Source: Acidobacteriota bacterium
GTDB lineage: Bacteria > Acidobacteriota > UBA890 > WLXD01
Length of the DNA stretch: 64,000 nucleotides
Reading direction: 5' to 3'
NCBI GenBank assembly: GCA_965248695.1
Contig: CBDFKD010000002.1
Span: 320,001 to 384,000 of the forward strand
The translations under genes and the position numbers were made by a program. This document shows positions 10,028 to 19,178 of this stretch, one piece after another. The notes below the pieces were generated by a model. The model was not told the origin of the DNA and did no database searches. It worked only from the letters and a program-made list of their open reading frames with translations. Within the stretch, counting starts at the first letter, position 1, and each line of letters starts with the position of its first letter.

Positions 10028-11189
10028 GATAAGACATGGTACTAACCGCGGGGTCAGGTCAACACGACGAGATCGAGCTCGAGCCTCGGGTACTGGCATA
10101 CATCGTCTCGCAGTTGCAGCCCTGGTCGCTACTTAACAGCGACGTAGATGTAAAGGGCAAAGCCTACGAAGAGATCGTTGGGTCCAATCTTCGCGGCGAT
10201 CGCGGCGAGTTCTTCACCCCCCGCAACATCTGTCAGATGGCGGTTGGGATGCTGGACCCTGGTCCTGCTGACATTGTCCTCGACCCCGCATGCGGCACTG
10301 GCGGTTTTCTGACCATTGCGATGAACCATGTCATTGAGAAGCTCCGCGATGGCGACCGGGGAAAATGGCGCAACGCGGATCGGCCCACAGATCGCGAACA
10401 ACAGGAGCTATATCGAAAGATCCACGAGTACGCTAATGAGCGTATCGTCGGAATCGACATCAACCCCAACCTTGTTAAGGCCGCGAAAATGAACATGGTC
10501 ATGAACAACGATGGTTCAGGTGGTCTGTTTCAGGGCAATGCTCTCGAACATCCCATCACGTGGGGCGAAGCACTCCGGGCTCGTGACTTGATTGGCAATG
10601 TGGATCTGGTCTTCACGAACCCGCCATTCGGATCGAAGATCCCAGTCGACGATCCCGCGATCCTCGAACAATTTGAACTAGCTCACGTGTGGGATTACGA
10701 CGAACCACAGGACACCTACTCGATTCGAGAGCCACGCCAGCTCCAAAAGTCACAGCCGCCAGAGATTCTGTTTGTTGAACGCTGCATCCAGTTCCTGAAG
10801 CCCGGGGGCGGGCGAATGGCGATCGTCTTGCCCGATGGGATACTCGGCGCGCCCGGGTTGGCTTACGTGCGTGAATGGATCTTGGCACAGACGCGCGTGC
10901 TGGCCAGTGTTGACTTGCATCCAGATGCGTTTCAGCCGAAGAACAGCACGCAAACAAGCGTGCTGGTACTGGAGCAGAAGCGTTTCGATGAGATCGAATT
11001 AGAGAGTGCCGTTGGTAAGAAAAACACCTATGACGTATTCATGGCGCTTGCGAACCATGTGGGCCATGACAAGCGCGGAAACACTACCTATGTCCGCGAC
11101 GAAGATGGCAACGAGATCGTCGAGGCCACGAAGGAGAAGGTCCAAGAGGTTCACGAAGGCGTCCCCTGTCTATACAACTGTCGAGACGG

Positions 11190-12593
11190 GAGTTATTTGC
11201 AAATGTTGTGGATCGGTGGATTTGTTCAGGCGGCGTCTTCGCTAGCGATCAGGTGAACTCCATCGACGAATGTGGCGCCCTCGAGTACGAGGGCAGTGAG
11301 GTGAGGAGCGTTGATGCGGCGCCATCGTTGCTGTGCCATCTCCAGGAGCTTGAATGCCATCGTCAGCGCCTTGGTGCGTGAGCCGGCGCCCTTGGTGACG
11401 CGTTGTCTCAGGCGTACGGTGGCGAACGCCGACTCGATCGGGTTGGCCGTGCGCAGATGAACCCAGTGGTCGGCGGGGAAGTCGTAGAACGTCAGCAGCT
11501 TGTCGGAGTCGCGTTGCAACGACGCCACGGCCTTGGAGTACTTGGCGCCGTAGTCGGCTGCGAACCGCGCCATGCCCTCCTGAGCATCCTCGCGCGTTGG
11601 CGCACCGATGATCTCGTGCAGCGCGCGCTTGGCTTTGGCCTGCAGCCGCCTCGGTAGCTTGTCGAGCACGTTGCCAAGCCGATGCACCCAGCATCGTTGC
11701 TCTCGAGTCTGGGGCCATACATCCCGCACCGCCGCCCAGAACCCCAGCGCCCCATCACCCACTGCCACGAGCGGCGCCCGCATGCCTCGACGCTTCAGCT
11801 CCCGGAGCACGAACGCCCAGCTCTCGGTGCTCTCTCGATACCCGTCCTCGACCGCGATGAGCTCCTTGGTTCCGTCCGGCAAAACGCCCAGGATCACCAG
11901 CGTGCACAGCCGATCATCCTCGAGTCGAATGTTGAAGTGCACACCGTCCGCCCACACGTATACGTACTGCTTGGTGGACAGATCCAGCTTCCGGAATGCC
12001 TCGTACTCCGTGCTCCAGGCGTTCGTCAGCCGGCAGATCGCCGATGCCGACAGCCCGCTGGCTTCCTGTCCCAGTAAGATCGGCAGCGCCTCCTTGAAGT
12101 CGCCCGTCGACAGGCCCCGCAGGTACAGCACCGGCAGCACCTCCGCCACCTTCGGCGAGCGCCGCATGTAGGGCGGCAGGATCCGACTGCTGAACCGCTG
12201 CCTCAGTCCCTGCTCGTCGAGCCGCTTGTCGTTGACCCGTGGCGCGGCTACTTGCACCGTCCCGCACCCCAACGTGATCTTGCGTGCGCGAGCCCGACCG
12301 TTGCGTACCACTTGCCGACGGCCGGCTTCATCCAGTTGCCCGGCGTGGCTCTGGATATACTCCTGAACCTCCCACTCCAGTGCTGTTGCCAGCATCTGCA
12401 GCGCGCCCTGCCGGGCGAGCTCATCGACGTCCAGTGTCAGCTGTCCTTCCTCCGCGTCCGATCCACCGATAATCTTGAGCACGGGTGGCGTCTCCTTCCC
12501 GGCCTCCACAGCCGGCTGCTGGTTGTTGATGATCCCAGCGAAGGTTACGCCGCCTTTCTTTTTCCTCCCATCCACAACTTCCGGTTATATCTC
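11190..12593 (-). mobile_element. IS256-family insertion sequence, 1404 bp
   Basis: Imperfect 24-bp IRs (GAGTTATTTGCAAATGTTGTGGAT vs GAGATATAACCGGAAGTTGTGGAT, 17/24); 9-bp TSD TCGAGACGG at 11181-11189 and 12594-12602. Confidence 0.93.
11226..12575 (-). CDS. IS256-family (Mutator-type) transposase
   Basis: VVRNG, LYLRGLSTGDF, YVWADGVH, GDGALGFW, QRCWVH, LRTANPIESAFATVRLR. Confidence 0.93.
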   Translation of the reverse strand: MDGRKKKGGVTFAGIINNQQPAVEAGKETPPVLKIIGGSDAEEGQLTLDVDELARQGALQMLATALEWEVQEYIQSHAGQLDEAGRRQVVRNGRARARKITLGCGTVQVAAPRVNDKRLDEQGLRQRFSSRILPPYMRRSPKVAEVLPVLYLRGLSTGDFKEALPILLGQEASGLSASAICRLTNAWSTEYEAFRKLDLSTKQYVYVWADGVHFNIRLEDDRLCTLVILGVLPDGTKELIAVEDGYRESTESWAFVLRELKRRGMRAPLVAVGDGALGFWAAVRDVWPQTREQRCWVHRLGNVLDKLPRRLQAKAKRALHEIIGAPTREDAQEGMARFAADYGAKYSKAVASLQRDSDKLLTFYDFPADHWVHLRTANPIESAFATVRLRQRVTKGAGSRTKALTMAFKLLEMAQQRWRRINAPHLTALVLEGATFVDGVHLIASEDAA

Positions 12594-12672
12594 TCGAGAC
12601 GGCACAGAAGGTCGTAGACGACAACACCGGACGCATCACAGGAGCGTTCCGTGCTTGGTTAACTGAACAAGA

Positions 12673-14190
12673 ATGACACCTGCATCTACTCCTGAGAGAT
12701 CCGTCCGAGAACGCCTCGCGCCCGAGTGCTTGGCGCTCCCGATCGAGGAGATATGCGGCGGCGCGAGGCGGCTTGACGCCGAGGTGTATCTCACGCCCGG
12801 TTTTCTTGTTCGTCAAGACATCGCGCATGCCAGTCTGCAAGTGACGACCCTCGGAGAATTGGCTTCGATCTGGCAGCCAAGTCGCCTCACTGGAGTCACG
12901 GTTGCGCCCGAACATGGGGAACCGTTCCTGACTGCCACGCAGGTGTTCGACATTTGGCCCAGGCCGCGAAAGTGGCTGGCGGCCAGTCGCACACCGAAGA
13001 TTGAGACGCGATACGTAGAGCCCGGATGGATACTCGTGACCTGTTCCGGTACCGTCGGCAGTTCAATCGTCACGTATTCAGCGCACGCTGGGCTGGTGAT
13101 CTCTCATGACATCCTGCGCGTGCAGCCACGCGACGCCCGGCTTCGTGGGTACATATACGCCTTCCTACGGACGCGGTTCGGCCTCGCGATGATGCGGTCT
13201 AGCCGCTATGGGAACATCATCAAACATCTTGAGGTTGAGCACCTTGATGATCTGCCTATCCCGATACTCGACAACCTGATTGACGACACCGATGCGGACA
13301 TTGGTCGGACGTTTGAAATGCGTGATGAGGCGCACAAGCTTGATCGGTTCGCCTGCGAGCGTTTTGGCCAAGAGGTAGGCGCGCCGGAGCCACCATCGGA
13401 AGAGGGATTCTCCGTGTCCTCGAGCGAGCTGTTTGAATACAGCCGGCGTCTTGATGCTTACACATACAATCCTCAAGCAGAATCGGCGCTTGCCGCACTA
13501 GGGCAAAGTGGGTACGAGACTCAGCCGCTGCGCTCGCTTACTGAAGCTGTTTTCGGCGTCCCGCGTTTCAAGCACGTCTACTTGGATCGAGGCATCCCGT
13601 ATCTTGACAGCGAGCCGTTGTTCAAGATAAATCCGGAGCTTCGCAAGTTCATTCCACCAAGGGCAAAATCCAATGCGGAACGTTACTTCGTAAAGAGCGG
13701 CTGGCTGATGATGGCGTGCTCGGGACAGATCTATGGCCTTAACGGCGGTGTTGTCCTGGCAACCGAACAGCACGAGAATGCGATCATCTCAAACTACGTA
13801 GTGCGGATCATTCCGAATGGCGTTCGGCCAGGTTATCTGTCCGCTGTCCTCAATCACCCTGGACTTGGCCAGCCCTTGCTGCTCCGGTGGGCCTTCGGGA
13901 CAGAGGTTCCGGAAATCGCTCCCGAGGACGTGGCGCTGTTTCCGGTTCTGCGCCTACCAGACGAGGTTGAGAGTGAGATCGCGAATGCAGCAGAACGAGC
14001 GAGCGAGCTACGCATGAAGGCCGACGAGAAAGAGAACGGTGCGGTCGCTCGTCTGGAAGAGGCGCTAGACGCCGAGCTGGAGAAGTCCAAGGGCAAAAAG
14101 AAACATGGACCTCTCCACATCCCTCTCGACTTCGACGAGGCGATGAAGCGCGCCGTCCAAGTACCGGCACCAGACGAGGCCGAAGGCTAA
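12673..14190 (+). CDS. Restriction-modification specificity subunit (HsdS/BcgIB-like, two TRDs) with an extra C-terminal tail
   Basis: Two repeats, each opening with RRLDA and containing GWILVTCSG / GWLMMACSG, then G..I..I....L....IP and a helical spacer; ATGA-coupled to the R-M gene. Confidence 0.8.
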   Translation: MTPASTPERSVRERLAPECLALPIEEICGGARRLDAEVYLTPGFLVRQDIAHASLQVTTLGELASIWQPSRLTGVTVAPEHGEPFLTATQVFDIWPRPRKWLAASRTPKIETRYVEPGWILVTCSGTVGSSIVTYSAHAGLVISHDILRVQPRDARLRGYIYAFLRTRFGLAMMRSSRYGNIIKHLEVEHLDDLPIPILDNLIDDTDADIGRTFEMRDEAHKLDRFACERFGQEVGAPEPPSEEGFSVSSSELFEYSRRLDAYTYNPQAESALAALGQSGYETQPLRSLTEAVFGVPRFKHVYLDRGIPYLDSEPLFKINPELRKFIPPRAKSNAERYFVKSGWLMMACSGQIYGLNGGVVLATEQHENAIISNYVVRIIPNGVRPGYLSAVLNHPGLGQPLLLRWAFGTEVPEIAPEDVALFPVLRLPDEVESEIANAAERASELRMKADEKENGAVARLEEALDAELEKSKGKKKHGPLHIPLDFDEAMKRAVQVPAPDEAEG

Positions 14191-14922
14191 GCAGGGGTCG
14201 TACGGCTCTGTGCTGGTCAAGGATTCGCCCAGCCATACCCTTTGTCAAGTGCATAATCGCCAATCTTTTGGTCATCGGGCAGGTCGCCGTCTCGCTGATG
14301 CTGCTGGTCGGCGCCGGACTGTTCATCCGTAGCATGCAGTCGGCGCGGACCATAGACCCGGGGTTCGATGTCGAGGGCGGGCTGGTCGCCACCATGAACC
14401 TGGGACTCGAGGGCTACAGCGAGGACGACGGCAAGGCGTTCCTGCGGCAGCTTGGCGAGCGTGTCGCTGCGATTCCGGGCGTGCGTGCAGCGACGGTGGC
14501 GCAATCTTTGCCGCTGAGCCTGTTCGGCGCCGGGCTGACCCGCACCACCTTCATCGAAGGCGACGCGGCAGCCGACGAGGAGGACGGGGTGCTCATCGGG
14601 GTCACCAGCATCGGGCTGGGGTTCTTCGACGCTCTCGGTATCAGCATCGTTGACGGGCGCCCGTTCGATGTGCGTATTTCGGTGATGCCGATCGGTTGTT
14701 TCGGTCATCGCGATCACTCGTTTCGGGTGATCGCGATCAGGGCATCGGAGCGAAGCGACGTTGTGTTGGGATGTTAGCGGATCACCTTGGGTGAGTCAGA
14801 AGTAGTAGTAGAGGCGGTGGAGGCTGTGGGGGACGCGAAGCGTCCTCCAAGGAGCGGTGGGAAACGGATGTTTTCCATGGCTCCGGCAGGATCCACAGGT
14901 TGCCGGAGCAGCGCGAGGATGC

Positions 14923-15684
14923 TCATGTGGCTTTGTCCGCATCGCGCAGCTTGGCGGCGGCGGCCGCCTTGCGCAGCGACCGGCCGGTGAGCTTGATCTT
15001 GTAGGCAGCGTGGATGAGCCGGTCGCAGATGGAGTCGGCCACGGTGGCCTCCCCGAGTGCCTGATGCCAGGCAGAGATGGGCAACTGACTGGCGATCAGA
15101 GTCGAGGCGCGTTCATGGCGATCTTCGATCACCTCGAGGATGTCGCGCCGTTCCATGTCGTTGAGCGGCGTAAGCAACCAGTCATCGATCACCAACAAGT
15201 TGGTTCTGGCGAGTCGGTTCATCAGACGGGTGTAGGAGCCGTCGCCACGGGCGACGGCGAGTTGGTGAGGGAACCGGGCGGCGCGCACGTACAATGCCGT
15301 GAACCCAGATCGGCACGCCCTGTGCGCCAGTGCGCAGGCCAGGAACGTCTTGCCGGTGCCGGTGGGTCCGGTGATCAGCAGGTTCAGGTTCTGGCGCAAC
15401 CACTCACACGATCCCAGCGACAGCACCACCTGCCGGTCCAGCCCGCGGGATGCCTTGAAGTCGACATCTTCCATGCAAGCGGCGACGCGGAGTTTGGCGC
15501 GTTGGAGCCGGCGAGTGAGCTTACGCCGCTCGCGTGCGGTGTACTCGGCCTCGATCATCATGCCGACCCGATCCTCGAACGGTAGATCGGCGTACTGGCT
15601 CGTGGACAGCTGCAACTCGAACAGCTCGGCCATCGCCCCCATCTTCATGGCCAGCATCTTGTCGATCGTCGGTTGCCTCAGCAT
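14923..15684 (-). CDS. istB: IS21 helper ATPase IstB
   Basis: Walker A GPTGTGKT, LLVIDDW, LIASQLP, ADSICDRL; overlaps the istA stop. Confidence 0.95.
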   Translation of the reverse strand: MLRQPTIDKMLAMKMGAMAELFELQLSTSQYADLPFEDRVGMMIEAEYTARERRKLTRRLQRAKLRVAACMEDVDFKASRGLDRQVVLSLGSCEWLRQNLNLLITGPTGTGKTFLACALAHRACRSGFTALYVRAARFPHQLAVARGDGSYTRLMNRLARTNLLVIDDWLLTPLNDMERRDILEVIEDRHERASTLIASQLPISAWHQALGEATVADSICDRLIHAAYKIKLTGRSLRKAAAAAKLRDADKAT

Positions 15685-17225
15685 GAGCTGGACTCGGCGT
15701 AGTAATCAGCACCGCGGATGTTCTCGTGGACTGGCACTGCGGGAGTTCGGTGCTGTTGCGCGGGCTGCCGATCCAGGCCCGAGGAGAGGATGTTCTTGAT
15801 CGTGCCGTAACGGCACGATCCGAGGGTCTCGGCGCGCGCGCTCGCTGCCTCCAGTCGTTCCGATCCGTAGCGCTTGCTCAAGCGCATGATCCCCAAACAG
15901 GAGCGATACCCCTGTTCCGGATGAGGGAAGGTGGCCATGATCTGCGCCACCACCCGAGCGGTGGCAGGACCGGTGCGCCCGGCCCAGCCGATCAGACGCG
16001 ACGGGGTGCATTGCGCATGCGCCCGATGCGAAGCGGGCATGTGCTCGGCACAAGTGGAGTGGCTGCCTTTGCCCACGAGACGGCGGTGGCCGCCAACTCG
16101 GTTGCCCTTGAAGTACAGCTCCACGGTCAGAGCGGTGAAGCGTGCCTCCACCTGCTGATGAACCAACTGATAGGGCACCGAGTACCAGTTGCCGTCAACC
16201 TGCACGTGGTAGTCGATGTTGACCGTGCAGCGGAGCCACTCGGCCATCTCATAGGCGGCTGACGGCAACGGCTGCAGCAGTGGCCGGTCCAGACGCTCGT
16301 ACAACTGTCGTCGGGATGCGCCGAGCTGCTGCATGGGCTTGTCGTTGATGATCTCGAGTTGCTCGCGGATCGCACCGTTCAGCTCGGCCAAGCTGAAGAA
16401 GGTGCGGTTGCGCAATACGGCCAGGATCCAACGCTGCGCCAGTAGCACGGAGCTCTCCACCTTGGCCTTGTCGCGAGGCTTGCCGGCGCGCGTCGGGATC
16501 ACCGCCGCACCGTAGTGCTCGGCCATCTCGGCGTAGCTGCGGTTCACGGTCGGCTCATACCGGCAGGCCCGAGTAACGCCGCTCTTGAGGTTGTCCGGAA
16601 CGAGGATCTCAGCACTCCCGCCGAAGTACTCCAACATCCGCACATGCGATCCGATCCACGAGGCCAGATCCTGGCCAGCGCTTGCCTCGGCGTACACGTA
16701 GGAGCTGGCGCCGAGCACCCCGACGAACAACTCGACGGTACGGGCATCACCGCTGTGGCGGTCAACGACGCTCGGTCGCTTGCCGGAGTAGTCCACGAAG
16801 ATCTTGTGGCCGGCGCGGTGCACCTGCCGCATCGATGGGGACAGCTTGCGCCGGAAGCGTCGGTATCGCTCGCAGAACTGCGTGTAGCGATATCCGTCAG
16901 GGTGATCCTCCAGGTACTCGTGCCACAGCAGTTGTAGCGTCACCCCGGGGCGCCGCAGCTCCCGGTGAACCCAGGCCACATCCGGCGACGGGCGCGGGTT
17001 GCTCGGTGGCGCCGGCGCTCTGAACAGCTTCCCCTCCAGCGCGATGTCATCAAGCTCTGCCGGCAGCGGCCAGCTCAGCCCGGCCGCCGCGGCGCGCTGC
17101 AGGTAGTCGCTCACGGTCGAACTGCTCACGCCACACGCGCGGGCGATCTGGCGGTGCGGTAGCCCTTGGAACTTCAGCCGCAGGATCTGTCGAACTTGTC
17201 TCATCGGTAGCCTCTTGGTTGCCAT
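15678..17225 (-). CDS. istA: IS21 transposase IstA
   Basis: N-terminal HTH, FVDYSG, VPDNLKSGV, PRDKAKVE, YSVPY, HENIRGADYY. Confidence 0.95.
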   Translation of the reverse strand: MATKRLPMRQVRQILRLKFQGLPHRQIARACGVSSSTVSDYLQRAAAAGLSWPLPAELDDIALEGKLFRAPAPPSNPRPSPDVAWVHRELRRPGVTLQLLWHEYLEDHPDGYRYTQFCERYRRFRRKLSPSMRQVHRAGHKIFVDYSGKRPSVVDRHSGDARTVELFVGVLGASSYVYAEASAGQDLASWIGSHVRMLEYFGGSAEILVPDNLKSGVTRACRYEPTVNRSYAEMAEHYGAAVIPTRAGKPRDKAKVESSVLLAQRWILAVLRNRTFFSLAELNGAIREQLEIINDKPMQQLGASRRQLYERLDRPLLQPLPSAAYEMAEWLRCTVNIDYHVQVDGNWYSVPYQLVHQQVEARFTALTVELYFKGNRVGGHRRLVGKGSHSTCAEHMPASHRAHAQCTPSRLIGWAGRTGPATARVVAQIMATFPHPEQGYRSCLGIMRLSKRYGSERLEAASARAETLGSCRYGTIKNILSSGLDRQPAQQHRTPAVPVHENIRGADYYAESSSC

Positions 17226-18350
17226 CCATCGCTCCTCCTGGCGTTAGGAGGCGCCATGGTGCCGCACTTGCTACCGATGGATCCCTGCTCTCAGATCCTC
17301 GCGATCGGCTCCGAAATGAGCGATCGCGATGGTCCGAAACCAGTGATCGGCATCAACCGAAATCCGTGATCGCGATAAACCGAAACGGGCGATCGGGATG
17401 CTCCGAAATACGCAGATGTCACGGACAACCCCGACAGTGTGCGCGCGGCGATCATCAACGAGGTGATGGCCGACACTTTCTGGCCCGGCGAGAGCCCGAT
17501 CGGGCAGCGGTTCATGTTCCACGGCCAGATCGATCGGCCGCTTACCGTCGTCGGCGTGGCCAGCTACGCGAAGGTGTCGACGCTGGGCGAGGACCCCACG
17601 CCGCTGGTGTACATGCCCATCGAGCAGGAGTACTCCGGCACGATGTTGCTGATGTCCCGCACCGAGGGCGACCCGCTGGCGCTCGCCGATGCCGTGCGGC
17701 GTGAGATCCGCGCTCTCGATCCGGAGATGCCGATCTTCGGGATCACGACGCTCGGCGATCAGGTGGACGCGTCGCTCTTCCCCACCCGTATCGGCGCGGG
17801 CATGCTCGGGGTGTTCGGTGCGCTCGGCCTGACGCTCGCGGCGATCGGCCTGTACGGGGTAATGAACTACTCGGTGGCTCGGCGCACCCGCGAGATCGGC
17901 ATTCGCATGGCACTCGGTGCCAACTCGACCGGGGTAATGCGGTTGGTGGTCCAGCACGCGCTGCTGCTGGTGGCCGTCGGCTTGATCGTCGGGATCGGCC
18001 TGGCGGCTTTGATGGGTCGGCAGATGGCAAGCATGCTGTACGGCATCAGCGGCACCGACCTGTTCGCCTTCGGCGGCACCTCGCTGATGTTGTTGCTGGT
18101 CGCCAGCGTCGCCAGTCTCGTGCCGGCGTTGCGCGCCACGCGCGTCGATCCGGTCCGCGCCCTGAAGTTCGAGTAGCCGGCCTACGTTTTCCTGACGTAT
18201 CGCATCTTTTACGATGCTAAGAACGGTCATAGAGTGCTGCTGAGGCCGCAATTGGCCGCAGCTGACCGAAAAGTGTTGCTTCGTATCTCCGCGCTTCCCT
18301 AGACTCGATTCTGGCTGGTTGAGCCGGCCGCGAGCGCCTCCCCATGCGCA

Positions 18351-19169
18351 GTGAGATATGTGAAGCACGCCTGTCTGGCACTCGTTGCCATGCTTACGAT
18401 CGGCTGCGCCCACGGCGCGGCCGTCCGTCCGAACCGACGTCCTACGACCACAGTGAACGACGCGGCCGCACCCGCAGCGCGTCCGAGCCGGGACGCCTCT
18501 GCCGCGCGGAACAACCCGCCCACGGCAGCAACCGGTCGGAGTCCACGCCCTTCAACCACGGCGAGCAGCCCGTCCGCGCCGCCAACGCCTCCAAACCGAC
18601 GCGCGACGGCCGCGGCGACGCCACCGAATCGACGCCCGCCCGTCGCAACGCCCGGCGAACCCCTGTTCATGCCGGAGTGCTACGAACCGCCGCCGGCGGT
18701 CCCGGCGGTGGAAAGGGCTGACTCCCGAGACTGGCAGCTTCCCGTCGCTCGCGTTGGCAACGACACCGTTCTCAGCTTCTTCGGCGACCCGCGAGATCGC
18801 GGTGCCCGACAACACGCCGGCATCGACATCGGGGCGCCACGTGGTACGCCGGTGCACGCCCCGGTCGACGCGAAGGTCATCGCGTCGCGCCAGGGTAGCA
18901 GGGGCGGACACACGATCGTTCTCTTGGACGTGGCCGAGAAGATTCAGTTCGTCTTCACGCACCTCGACTCGCGCGCCGTGCAGGCTGGTCAGTACGTGCT
19001 CGCCGGTCACCCGCTCGGCACGGTCGGCAATACCGGCAACGCCGCCGGCGGCGTCACCCACCTGCACTTCGAAGTGCATGATTTCGCCGGCCCGATCGAT
19101 CCGTGTCCGCTGTTGAACCGGGCACCCGGCGCCAGCGTCAGCTGCCCAAGCGAGCTCGCCGCCCGATAG
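18351..19169 (+). CDS. M23-family metallopeptidase, probable lipoprotein with a Pro/Ala-rich linker
   Basis: Lipobox-like LTIGC; HAGIDI...GTPV, GNTGNA...HLHFE. Confidence 0.85.
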   Translation: MRYVKHACLALVAMLTIGCAHGAAVRPNRRPTTTVNDAAAPAARPSRDASAARNNPPTAATGRSPRPSTTASSPSAPPTPPNRRATAAATPPNRRPPVATPGEPLFMPECYEPPPAVPAVERADSRDWQLPVARVGNDTVLSFFGDPRDRGARQHAGIDIGAPRGTPVHAPVDAKVIASRQGSRGGHTIVLLDVAEKIQFVFTHLDSRAVQAGQYVLAGHPLGTVGNTGNAAGGVTHLHFEVHDFAGPIDPCPLLNRAPGASVSCPSELAAR

Positions 19170-19178
19170 ACTGGCGGC

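Larger units (their letters stand above)
8802..10061 (+). mobile_element. IS3-family insertion sequence (probably IS407 group), 1260 bp
   Basis: Terminal 12-bp perfect IR TGACCTGACCCC; 4-bp TSD ACAC at 8798-8801 and 10062-10065; orfA/orfB layout. Confidence 0.95.
8037..12676 (+). pseudogene. Fused restriction endonuclease/N6-adenine methyltransferase (Type IIG/IIB-like R-M subunit) interrupted by IS3 and IS256 (segments 8037-8801, 10066-11189, 12603-12676)
   Basis: N-terminal HsdR_N-like PD-(D/E)xK region (TPEEYVRQ, RADLAVF, IVECK, QLKSY); MTase GEFFTPR, motif I VLDPACGTGGFL, motif IV TNPPFG. Rejoins in frame at IFKPH|DEIEL; about 653 aa after one +1 correction near 11163-11166; TGA overlaps the next ATG. 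Confidence 0.88.
6995..14261 (+). mobile_element. IS1595-family transporter IS carrying a restriction-modification system
   Basis: IRL GGCGGTTATGCACTTGACAAAGG (6995-7017) matches the reverse complement of 14239-14261 at 22/23; 8-bp direct repeat AATCTTTT at 6987-6994 and 14262-14269; IS1595 transposase next to IRL. Confidence 0.93.
14671..17414 (-). mobile_element. IS21-family insertion sequence, 2744 bp
   Basis: Terminal IR TGCGTATTTCGG; several subterminal TTTCGG...CGATC repeats at both ends; 4-bp TSD GATG at 14667-14670 and 17415-17418; istA-istB. Confidence 0.95.
5690..18176 (+). pseudogene. ADOP-type ABC permease interrupted by an IS1595-family element and an IS21 (segments 5690-6994, 14270-14670, 17419-18176)
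   Basis: Removing each element and one TSD copy rejoins ...RRFGLRNL|LVIGQVAVSLMLL... and ...GRPFD|VTDNPDSVRAAIINE...; 2464 nt in total, about 820 aa after removing one extra base near 6968. Confidence 0.92.

Noticed and set aside
8037-14190. Classical Type I R-M (hsdRMS)
   Set aside because: No helicase/translocase HsdR lies inside the element; the nuclease domain is fused to the methylase.
14671-17414. Repeated TTTCGG...CGATC units at 14671-14740 and 17300-17414 as a CRISPR array or iterons
   Set aside because: They are short, lack spacers and are mirrored at both ends, which fits IS21 subterminal transposase-binding repeats.
18420-18660. PNRR-repeat region of the M23 protein as a novel domain
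   Set aside because: It looks like an ordinary Pro/Ala/Thr-rich disordered linker.
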